A DNA stretch of 64,000 nt from Alphaproteobacteria bacterium (GTDB taxonomy: Bacteria > Pseudomonadota > Alphaproteobacteria > SP197). This document shows, one piece after another, positions 36,424-44,530 of the stretch. The notes beneath the pieces were generated by a model. It was given only the letters and a program-made list of their open reading frames with translations. It searched no databases and was not told the DNA's origin. How positions within the stretch are numbered: position 1 is the first letter of the stretch; each line of letters opens with the position of its first letter. Both the position numbers and the translations under genes were made by a program. The stretch spans positions 288,001-352,000 of the forward strand of contig OZ245842.1 in the NCBI GenBank assembly GCA_965228895.1, written 5' to 3'.

Positions 36424-36698
36424 TTGGCGCCACCCCGCTTCGCAAGCCTGTATCTCGTGGCGCCATGGTCATCTTTGAACCTCTCGATTGCGTGTCCCTT
36501 CTTGCGCAAACCCGTTAGCGCAGCTCGCAGGCTGTGCGGTTGCCAGCCGATACTCTCTTGCAGCTCGGAGATGCTGGTTCCTTTCGGTCGGGCCAATTGG
36601 CGCAGGACTGTGGATTCCTTAGTTTCTGGTCTTGTCTTTTCCTTCCTTTTGGCCCGTTTGCCATGTTGCAGTGCGGTTCTCTTGCGTGTTGCCGGCAT
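36420..36698 (-). CDS. DUF3489 family wHTH protein
   Basis: TKESTVLRQLARPKGTSI..GWQPHSLRAALTGLRKKG; RBS GGAG before ATG 36698. Confidence 0.85.
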   Translation of the reverse strand: MPATRKRTALQHGKRAKRKEKTRPETKESTVLRQLARPKGTSISELQESIGWQPHSLRAALTGLRKKGHAIERFKDDHGATRYRLAKRGGAK

Positions 36699-36883
36699 TT
36701 TGATCTCCATCCGCTTGCGCCTGCGGAAGACAAGCGCTTCCACTGCTCTAAGCCCGGCATTTTGAGCGAAGATGGCCGGGCTGGCGGCTTATGCAGGCGT
36801 TTTCGGATGACTGGTTGCCGCCGCGCAAGCAGCATCCATGCTTGCAATTGCAAAGAAGTCCAGCCGACTGTGAGAAGTATGTT

Positions 36884-38335
36884 CTAGCGTGGCATGGCGA
36901 GGCCTGGGGTCCAATATGGCCCTCCCTCATCATCACCCCAATCGGCTTCAAACCCACTCAATTGGTTGTCACTGACCCATTTCAGGAACTGCGAGAGACT
37001 GTCGACCTGATCGTCGTGACGACTTCCGGGGAACGCCAGGATCTCTTCGAGGAACGTCGCAAGCCACGCCGCTTCGCGGGGCAGATAGACTTGGCCCGCC
37101 TCGATTCTGGCGCATTGAGCGTGCATTCGCATGACCTTGTCGCCTTCCGGCTTGAAGGCGATAGGGTGGACAGTGCCTTCCCTCCGGAGGTCCTGAATGA
37201 GCGACGTGCCGGAAGCTCTGTCTTCGATGATGACAACTTCTGCTCGATGAGTTTGGGCGAGATCCGAGACCAAGGCTTTGAGCGATGGATAGTCGACGCG
37301 TTTGCGCGTGACGTCCTTCAGATAGTACTTGCCGTTTGATTCGAGCCACGTGGTACAAACGGATGGGTCATTGCGCTCTTCGGGTTTGTTTGCCGTATCC
37401 CAGCTCTGGATTGTCCGAACGGTCCAACCAGGCTCAGGCAACACGTGATAGTACTGAAACCACTCCCGCTTGACCATGTTGCCGCCTTCAGGCACCGGAC
37501 GCTGAAGATACTGAGCAGAGAATTGCTCCGTCCCCAGGGCTCTCATCATCATTTCGAGTGTCTCGCGCGACTCACGGCCTGGATGGAGAACATCGCCGGG
37601 CTCGCGATGAAAGCTATCTCCGTGACCAAGGGGGACGTCTTGTGTCTCCTGAGCGATCGCCGGAAGATCGAGATGAGTCCAATCGTCTCGTTCTCTCAGT
37701 AAGATGTTGCCGACCAAATCGTCGACATGCAGCCGTTGCATCACAATGATGATGCGATCTTCGTTCTTGTTGTTAAGGCGAGAAAGAAGCGCCCCGCGGT
37801 ACCAGTCGTTTGCGTGGTCACGCGCGACCTTTGACATGGCCTCGTCTGCCTTGAGTGGATCGTCAACAATGATCAGGTTGCCGCCTCGACCGGTCAACGT
37901 TCCGCCTACCGAGGTCGCGAGCCGAAAACCGCCCTTGGTCGTTACGTACTCCGTCGTCGTATGCTTTAACGCCCTGGTGTTCGGAAACAGATCTCTGTAC
38001 CAATCGGAATCGACAACTCGACTGAAGTCTCGACTGAACTTATCAGCCAACTCCTGCGAGTAGCTGGCACAGATGATCTGGCGAGTGGGCTGGTGGCCCA
38101 AGATCCACGCGGGAAGGGCTATCGACGAACATGTCGATTTCAGATTCCGCGGAGGCATGGTGATCATCAAACGTTTGATGTCACCGTTCGCACATCGTTC
38201 AACAAAGTGGGAAATTGCATCGATGTGCCAATTGTGAAGGAAAGGGGTGCCAGGTGACAGTGTTTGACACACGCGCTGGATGAATGCCGGAAGGCTATGG
38301 CGCAAGCCAGCTCTTAGGATTTCGCGATCAGTCAT
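36884..38335 (-). CDS. Phage terminase large subunit-like protein (ATPase plus RNase H-like nuclease)
   Basis: NWHIDAI, ITMPPRNLKS, LIIVDDP, VMQRLHVDD, SAQYLQRP, SWDTA, IEDRASG, HDDQVDS. Confidence 0.88.
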   Translation of the reverse strand: MTDREILRAGLRHSLPAFIQRVCQTLSPGTPFLHNWHIDAISHFVERCANGDIKRLMITMPPRNLKSTCSSIALPAWILGHQPTRQIICASYSQELADKFSRDFSRVVDSDWYRDLFPNTRALKHTTTEYVTTKGGFRLATSVGGTLTGRGGNLIIVDDPLKADEAMSKVARDHANDWYRGALLSRLNNKNEDRIIIVMQRLHVDDLVGNILLRERDDWTHLDLPAIAQETQDVPLGHGDSFHREPGDVLHPGRESRETLEMMMRALGTEQFSAQYLQRPVPEGGNMVKREWFQYYHVLPEPGWTVRTIQSWDTANKPEERNDPSVCTTWLESNGKYYLKDVTRKRVDYPSLKALVSDLAQTHRAEVVIIEDRASGTSLIQDLRREGTVHPIAFKPEGDKVMRMHAQCARIEAGQVYLPREAAWLATFLEEILAFPGSRHDDQVDSLSQFLKWVSDNQLSGFEADWGDDEGGPYWTPGLAMPR

Positions 38336-38771
38336 CCCCATCGCTCTTGCCCCCCTCGCAATCGGCATCGCCGGTGTTCGAACTAGCTTTTTGGTGCTGT
38401 TTTACCCTCCGCATGATGTCGGCTTCCAGTGTCTCGAGAACCGCTTGCTCGTCGTCCGTCAATGGCTGGTCCGCATTCCCGCTATCGTCGAGATCGAGCA
38501 AGCGCTGCATCATGTTGTAGATCAACAGCATTGCCCGAGTGTCACCCTTGATGCTGCGGGCCATCAGGCTCTTCACCATGGCGCGTTGTTTGGTGATCTT
38601 TCTTTGCGATGAGCCCTCCTTTATGAGCACGCGTTCTTCGAGCTCTTCAACTAGATCGGTCTTGAGGTTCTTGGTGCCCTTGGGCCGCCCTTTCGAGTTG
38701 CCAGATTGGCCCTTCTTGAATTGCGCATGCTTAGGTGGGCGCTTGAATCCAACTTCGTAGTCATCGACCAT
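38328..38771 (-). CDS. DUF5681 protein (possible small terminase-like subunit)
   Basis: YEVGFKRPPKHAQFKKGQSGNSKGRPKG. Confidence 0.85.
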   Translation of the reverse strand: MVDDYEVGFKRPPKHAQFKKGQSGNSKGRPKGTKNLKTDLVEELEERVLIKEGSSQRKITKQRAMVKSLMARSIKGDTRAMLLIYNMMQRLLDLDDSGNADQPLTDDEQAVLETLEADIMRRVKQHQKASSNTGDADCEGGKSDGDD

Positions 38772-40161
38772 GGGTCGCCCTCCCTTTTGGCTCAGGGATT
38801 ACTGACGGGTCCGACTTGTTAGATCCGGCTCGGCTAGTCAGGACATTCTCGAAGGACTGGCCGCTGTGCTTATGCACGGCGACGGCACCAAATGCGTCTT
38901 GATAGCGGAGGATGCTGCTGTCCACGTAGTACGGATCTAGCTCCATCGTATAGGCACGACGGCCAGTCGCTTCGGCTGCGATGAGCGTTGTGCCGCTTCC
39001 GGCGAAACAGTCGAGAATGATCCCATTCCTATCGGAGCAGTCGAGCATGGCGTCGACCACCATTTGGACCGGTTTAACGGTCGGGTGGATCGGCAATGTC
39101 TTGGAACGGTCATCGCCAAACGTGTTGGCACCAGGGTAGTCCCACACATTCGTTCGGTTTCGGCCAAAACGCCCAAGCTGAACGTTGTTTACGTGAGGTG
39201 CCGTGCCACTCTTGAAGACAAATACAAGCTCATGCTTGGAACGATAGAGGGATCCCATGCCGCCGTTCGTTTTGTTCCAGATGCAAAGGTTCTGGAAGCT
39301 GTCATAGATGCCCCGCGCTGCGGCCGTGATCTCATAGGTATGGCGCCAGTCCATGCAGACGAAGTGAATCGCACCGTCCTTGGCAAACTTAACGACGTTG
39401 TTGAACGCCGATGACAGAAAGGAGACGAACTCACCTTCCGACATCTCGCCCGAGGCCATGACGAATTCCCCGTGTTTAATGTCTCCGAGACCGCTGACGT
39501 TGCCGGCAATCGGAACGTTGTAGGGCGGGTCGATGAAGACCATCTGTGCCTCCTCGCCATTCATCAGTTCGGCAAATGAGTTTGGCTTCGTGGCATCACC
39601 ACACATGAGCCGATGACGTCCAAGAAGCCAGACATCGCCCGGTTGACTTATCGGCGCGGCCGAACGATCGACGTCAGGGATGTTGTCGAGGGCTGGGTCA
39701 GTGTTGTCGTCCACACTGCCGATGTAGAGATCGAGCTCCGGCGTCTCAAACCCCGTAACGGTCAGATCGAGTTCGGTTTCAAACTGGACCAAGTCCCGCA
39801 GTTCCAGGGCAAGGATTTCAACATTCCAGCCGGCATTGTCAGCGATTTTGTTGTCGGCAAGACGAAGCGCTCGTTTCTGAGCGTCTGTTAAACCGCTGAT
39901 TCTAATAATCGGTACAGTCGGCATGCCGAGCGACTTGGCGGCTTCGATCCGACCATGACCGGCGATAATCGCAAGCTTCTCGTCCGTTAGGACGGGATTT
40001 GTGAAACCAAACTCTCGGATGCTCTTTTCGATCTGCTCAAGCTGCTTCTGAGAGTGTGCCCTGGCATTGTTCAAATAGGGCGTCAGCGATGCAGTTGATA
40101 CAAACTCCACATGTAAATCTCGAAGGCGGTCTACCGTGCATTTAGCGAAGGTGCTTTTCAT
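38761..40161 (-). CDS. ParB-like domain fused to an N6/N4 DNA methyltransferase (beta class)
   Basis: PYLNNARAH..FGFTNPV..IAGHGR; DPPY (motif IV) precedes HPTVKP..LDCFAGSGTT (motif I). Confidence 0.9.
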   Translation of the reverse strand: MKSTFAKCTVDRLRDLHVEFVSTASLTPYLNNARAHSQKQLEQIEKSIREFGFTNPVLTDEKLAIIAGHGRIEAAKSLGMPTVPIIRISGLTDAQKRALRLADNKIADNAGWNVEILALELRDLVQFETELDLTVTGFETPELDLYIGSVDDNTDPALDNIPDVDRSAAPISQPGDVWLLGRHRLMCGDATKPNSFAELMNGEEAQMVFIDPPYNVPIAGNVSGLGDIKHGEFVMASGEMSEGEFVSFLSSAFNNVVKFAKDGAIHFVCMDWRHTYEITAAARGIYDSFQNLCIWNKTNGGMGSLYRSKHELVFVFKSGTAPHVNNVQLGRFGRNRTNVWDYPGANTFGDDRSKTLPIHPTVKPVQMVVDAMLDCSDRNGIILDCFAGSGTTLIAAEATGRRAYTMELDPYYVDSSILRYQDAFGAVAVHKHSGQSFENVLTSRAGSNKSDPSVIPEPKGRATHGR

Positions 40162-40565
40162 GGCTCACCTACCTCCGCGGCAACCGTGTTGCTCGAACAA
40201 CTCTGGAAGAAATCGTAGAATCTGAGAATCTTGTCCTCCCAGGGGCCACGACGGAACGAAACGAGGTCGACGTATCCCTCATTGTTCCACTCGAGGTTAA
40301 GAACCTTTCCCCCGTACTGTTCGTCCCAGATGTCGAGACCATATCCGAGATAGACGAACTGCTGACCATCTCGCGCGACCATCGCCATCATCTCGCGAAC
40401 AGATTTCGGTAGCTCGATCGGTGGCGTGCGATAGGAAATCGTGATGCCGTCAAACTTTAGTGTGAGCTGATGACCAGGCACATCTGCAACAGGCAGCCCT
40501 TCGAACTTGAGGACTAGCAACGCCGAATCTCGTATCGCCACGGCATCGTTCAAACGCTTACTCAT
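40158..40565 (-). CDS. Hypothetical protein, first gene of the methylase-terminase operon
   Basis: RBS AAGGAG, ATG 40565, stop overlaps the methylase start (ATGA); motif YGLDIW..KVLNLEW..VSFRRGPWE. Confidence 0.7.
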   Translation of the reverse strand: MSKRLNDAVAIRDSALLVLKFEGLPVADVPGHQLTLKFDGITISYRTPPIELPKSVREMMAMVARDGQQFVYLGYGLDIWDEQYGGKVLNLEWNNEGYVDLVSFRRGPWEDKILRFYDFFQSCSSNTVAAEVGEP

Positions 40566-41008
40566 TGTAGTATCTCCTTTGAGTCTTGATGCGGGGCTTT
40601 CGCGTGGCGCAGGCATCGCAGAATACCGTGTTGCACGACCGATCCGCTGTGCCGTTGGGCCACGTTTGGTCCCCTCGTTAAGGGGCGGCTGCGCGAAGCA
40701 ATGCCCCTATAACTAACCAAAATATTTAACGAATCTGAGAAACCCGGTCGGATGTGAAGGGGTTCTGGCCGTCCAATCCCCATGGGGCGGGGATTAGAGC
40801 GTCAAGCCGTTTCTGGGCGAATCTGTCACAGGGCAGGAGGTCGTGAGCCTCATTAGGTGTGTTTTGATGGACGCGATCGTATCGAGACAAAGCACCACGA
40901 TAATCCGACGGTCGGCGAGATTGCTCTCGTCCAAACACCCCTCTTTCCCGCTTCACCTTTGGTGCCAACGAAGCTAGCTTTGCCAGTGGAGCCGCCACGC
41001 ACGGCTCT

Positions 41009-41161
41009 GGGGCTTAGAAAACCCCGCATAGAGCGGTTGTCGCTGACCGTAACAGCGACGCTCCTGACTTATGGTCGGGGTGCCTGTGGTTATACAACAG
41101 GCCCTCCGGCTAAAGGCCACAGGGGCCGTCTCTATGCGGTTTTTCTAACGCCCCGATCACC
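41009..41161 (+). ncRNA. C4-like antisense RNA (about 41071-41161) with an upstream complementary target site (41009-41036)
   Basis: Closing stem TGGTCGGGGTG/CGCCCCGATCA; internal CTCTATGCGG and TTTTCTAA are complementary to upstream TTAGAAAA-CC-CCGCATAGAG. Confidence 0.6.
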
Positions 41162-41235
41162 AGTCGGTCTGAAGCCATCTTGCGATAGGCGTATCGCAAG
41201 CTCTGGTTTCCTTCGATTGGAGGTACGGGGCCACC

Positions 41236-42084
41236 ATGCCGCCGACCAGCATTTTCGAGGGAACGGACGAAATCGTCTCAAATGCCTTCGAGTTCCAACC
41301 TGGAGATTCCCTCAAGCACAAGTCGGTCTCGCGCCGCTTCAACGATCTTCCCGCGAACCATCCAGCCTTCGAGCGCTTGATCCCTAGGCTCTACGCCAGG
41401 ATTGAGGAGAATTGGTCGGGGCGAACACCATCCCCAGAGAATTGGCGCCTGGAGCTGCAGACCTACGTTGGAGAACGCAACACCAGCCCTGAGGTGCTGC
41501 TGGAGCGAGCCATAGCTGTACTGGCAGGCCGCGGGATCTTGAACGGTTGGTTCAACCAGATCCCTGTTGCATCCGGTCTTATTGACGAGCACGCGGACAA
41601 GCGGGCTGCCGTCGATCTTGTTCACGTACAGGGGCGTGAAGCCAATCTTGTCGAGTTGAAGTGGGAAAGCGACACACCTGTCTACGCAGCCTTTGAGATC
41701 TTGCGGTACGGGCTGGCCTTTCTCTTCTGTTATGAGAACCGAAAGAGATTTGGATACAGCGAGAATGGGCTCTTAGGTTGCAGCGCGGTCAAACTTAGCG
41801 TTCTGGCGCCTCAACCTTACTTCGAAACCTATGATCTTGCGAGCTTCGGACGCCAACTCAGCGCCGCCGCCCATAGATTTGTCGCTGATAGAACACGCGG
41901 CCGGTTGTCGATGACATTTCGCTTCGACCACCTCGCTGCGGGGTTCTCAATTCCCGTTCGGAGCGGTGCGGATGTGGCAATGCTGGGAAGTTCCATGTCG
42001 CACGCGGGTTGTGGCCAATCACTGAAGCAAGCACTCGACGGCATCGGCCCAGTCTGGGCGTGCTCGCCGGGAGAACGCCGTTGA
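41236..42084 (+). CDS. Hypothetical PD-(D/E)XK-like nuclease
   Basis: PEVLLE..NQIPVASG..AVDLV..LVELKW..FEILRYG pattern; RBS GGAGG. Confidence 0.6.
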   Translation: MPPTSIFEGTDEIVSNAFEFQPGDSLKHKSVSRRFNDLPANHPAFERLIPRLYARIEENWSGRTPSPENWRLELQTYVGERNTSPEVLLERAIAVLAGRGILNGWFNQIPVASGLIDEHADKRAAVDLVHVQGREANLVELKWESDTPVYAAFEILRYGLAFLFCYENRKRFGYSENGLLGCSAVKLSVLAPQPYFETYDLASFGRQLSAAAHRFVADRTRGRLSMTFRFDHLAAGFSIPVRSGADVAMLGSSMSHAGCGQSLKQALDGIGPVWACSPGERR

Positions 42085-43322
42085 GACTATGCATTCACCG
42101 AGGTGCGGAAGAGATCGGCGGTAACTGCATTCAACTCGAGGCCGACGGCAAGTCACTGTTGCTCGACCTTGGTGCGCCACTGACAGGTGATTGGGAAATC
42201 GCAGAGGCGCTGCCGCAGGTAGACGGCCTTACTGATGGGGACAACCCGAACCTGCTGGGCATTGTCATCTCGCATCCGCATGCCGATCACTACGGTCTCG
42301 CTTGCCATGCGCATCTATCCATTCCGATTTACATTGGCGCCGAAGCCGACAAGTTACTGAGAGCGGCGAGCGCCTTCGGGCCATTCGGTGCGGCGTTCCC
42401 CAGTGTCATCCACTATGAAGACCGTAAGGCTTTCGACGTGGGACCGTTTCGCATTACGCCATATCTGAACGACCACTCAGCATTCGATGCGTACTCATTT
42501 CTGATTGAGGCTGGTGGCAAACGTCTCTTCTATTCCGGCGACATTCGTGGCCACGGGTGGAAGAAATGGGCCTTTGAGCGACTGCTTATGGACGGCCCTA
42601 GGTCCGTCGACGTCATGTTGCTCGAAGGGACGACGCTGGGTCGAGATGGAGAGGGACCTGTCGTGTCAGAAGCCGATCTTGTCTCGTCACTGGCGGCCAG
42701 CATGGCCGATACGAAGGGCATGGTTCTCGCGGCATTCTCCGGCCAGAACATCGATCGCCTGGTCACATTCTACAAGGCCTCACTAATGGCTCGCCGCAGT
42801 TTTGTAGCGGACCTCTACATTGCCCACTTACTTCGAGCAATTGGCCGCAAAACTCTGCCGGACCCGACAAGCAATGCGGCAAGGGTCTACTTGCCTCGAC
42901 GCATGAAGCTGAAGATTGTGCGAGACAAGTCGTTCGATCTCGTCGCCCCGTATAGACGGCGTCGTATCTATCCGAATGAACTCCGCCGCCGCCGCAACAA
43001 CCTTGTCATGACGTTCCGAGCATCGATGATCAAAGACCTGGAGGACGCCGGCTGTCTAAAGGGAGCTCGACTGATCTATTCGTTGTGGCCCGGCTATCTA
43101 GAACGCCAAACGCCCGACCTGCGTGAATGGTGCGATCAGCACGACATCTCGTTTGAGGTCATTCACACTTCTGGTCATGCGCACCCCACAGACCTCCGAC
43201 GGCTTATCGATGCATTGAACCCTGATACCGTCATTCCGATCCACACGATCGTGCCTGAGCGATACGCTCCAATGTTCAACGGCTCGATGATCCTAAGAAA
43301 TGGACAGTGGGTCGATGTATAG
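42081..43322 (+). CDS. Metallo-beta-lactamase/beta-CASP nuclease, RNase J-like (short form)
   Basis: TTG start overlapping the upstream stop; EIGGNC, SHPHADH, DHS, YSGDIRGHG, HTSGHA, IPIHT. Confidence 0.85.
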   Translation: MRLCIHRGAEEIGGNCIQLEADGKSLLLDLGAPLTGDWEIAEALPQVDGLTDGDNPNLLGIVISHPHADHYGLACHAHLSIPIYIGAEADKLLRAASAFGPFGAAFPSVIHYEDRKAFDVGPFRITPYLNDHSAFDAYSFLIEAGGKRLFYSGDIRGHGWKKWAFERLLMDGPRSVDVMLLEGTTLGRDGEGPVVSEADLVSSLAASMADTKGMVLAAFSGQNIDRLVTFYKASLMARRSFVADLYIAHLLRAIGRKTLPDPTSNAARVYLPRRMKLKIVRDKSFDLVAPYRRRRIYPNELRRRRNNLVMTFRASMIKDLEDAGCLKGARLIYSLWPGYLERQTPDLREWCDQHDISFEVIHTSGHAHPTDLRRLIDALNPDTVIPIHTIVPERYAPMFNGSMILRNGQWVDV

Positions 43323-43361
43323 GCATGACCGGAATAAGGGTAGAGTTCAAGGCCAGGATCG

Positions 43362-44163
43362 TCAGTTGATCTTTCTTTTCGTATTCTTACTTTTTGTCTC
43401 CGGATAGTGCTTGCTGACGAAGTAAGGATTATCCTGCCCGGAGAACTTCATATCAATGCTGTCGACGCGGTACAGGCCGCAATTGATCAGGTCGGCGGCA
43501 TCGATATCGAAGAGGGCGACGTTATAGCCAACTTCGCCGAAGTTGCTCTTGTAGGCGATGCCGTCATAGCCAGCGTCTTTGAACAACTCGGCAATGGTTT
43601 GTGTTGCTACATAGTCAGCCAAATTGTCGCTCCGCGTCATTGGCTCAGCAAACGCCTTGGCAATTTGCCCCCACACTGACCTTTCGATTTCTTCCGGATC
43701 CGGTTCGTCGAAATAGAAGTGCATTCGATCATAGTCACGCGAGCAGTCGATAACGTCGAGTGTCTGGAGAAGCTTGAATTGACCTACGGAGATTTCTGAT
43801 CCGATCCAGGGCCGGACCTCAGACATGGCCGCTTCTTTCGTGGTTGCAAGGTAGAGGCACGGGATACCTTTCGGATTGGCCCGCCCTTCGGAAGCCCTGT
43901 CGCGCAGCGGTTTCATGCGATCCGGGAGATGCGCACAGGGCACCTCGGATTCATCGTTGCCCTGTTCTTCCGTACGCCAGTTATGGCCGAGCTGTGCGCG
44001 CCAAAAAATCGAACCTTCTTTCAACTGGACCTTACGCGAAGCGGCACCCTTTTTTTACACTATCCAGGAAAGCTTCGGAATCGACTGACCGGACATACCG
44101 GCGGTCGCGCCTAACCGCGCGCTCAAAGTTCCGGTAGCTCTGCCACGATCGAAATCCGCCCAC
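43362..44163 (-). pseudogene. RES-domain (NAD+ phosphorylase-like) gene with a +1 frameshift in an A7 run at 44050-44056
   Basis: GTG 44163 gives MGGFRSWQSYRNFER..FLDSVKK, then continues in the +1 frame GAASRKVQLKEGSIFWRAQ..GRANPKGIPCLYLA..AMSEVRP..GYDGIAYKS. Confidence 0.75.
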
Positions 44164-44254
44164 GCCTCCAACGCTCCCCGAAAATCCGGCGACCTCACCA
44201 CTAGATCGGAGTTTAGGCTACACATACGTGTATTCAATTACTATACTTTCAACC

Positions 44255-44443
44255 ATAGAAGACGCCGGTCTTCGAATCTGGGTTCTGCGCAGATTGCGCG
44301 AAGAATTTCTTGAAGCGTGCCGTGCTGAATAAAAACCGGCAGCTCAGGTCATCCGCGAGTTCATGTGTGCCTATGTAGACCGCTACAAGCAAGCGGACGC
44401 AAGCAGCTCACGTCGTCGGGACCGACCGGCAGAAAATGAATGA
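44255..44443 (+). pseudogene. Decayed ribbon-helix-helix (CopG-like) regulator
   Basis: (I)EDAGLRIWVLRRLREEFLEACRAE*KPAAQVIREFMCAYV; ATA in place of a start codon and an in-frame TAA at 44330. Confidence 0.6.
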
Positions 44444-44530
44444 GCAGCGTTCAGAGCGGGAAACAACGCGAGGTGGGAACTGAAGGCTGATAGGGGCAAC
44501 AACTATGCGATAGGCAGTTCCAGGTGAACC

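Noticed and set aside
34271-40565. Intact prophage
   Set aside because: No portal, capsid, tail, lysis or replication genes recognisable
40857-41387. 176-aa ORF across the C4-like region
   Set aside because: It overlaps the nuclease gene out of frame, and the region is better explained by RNA pairing; a short leader peptide cannot be excluded
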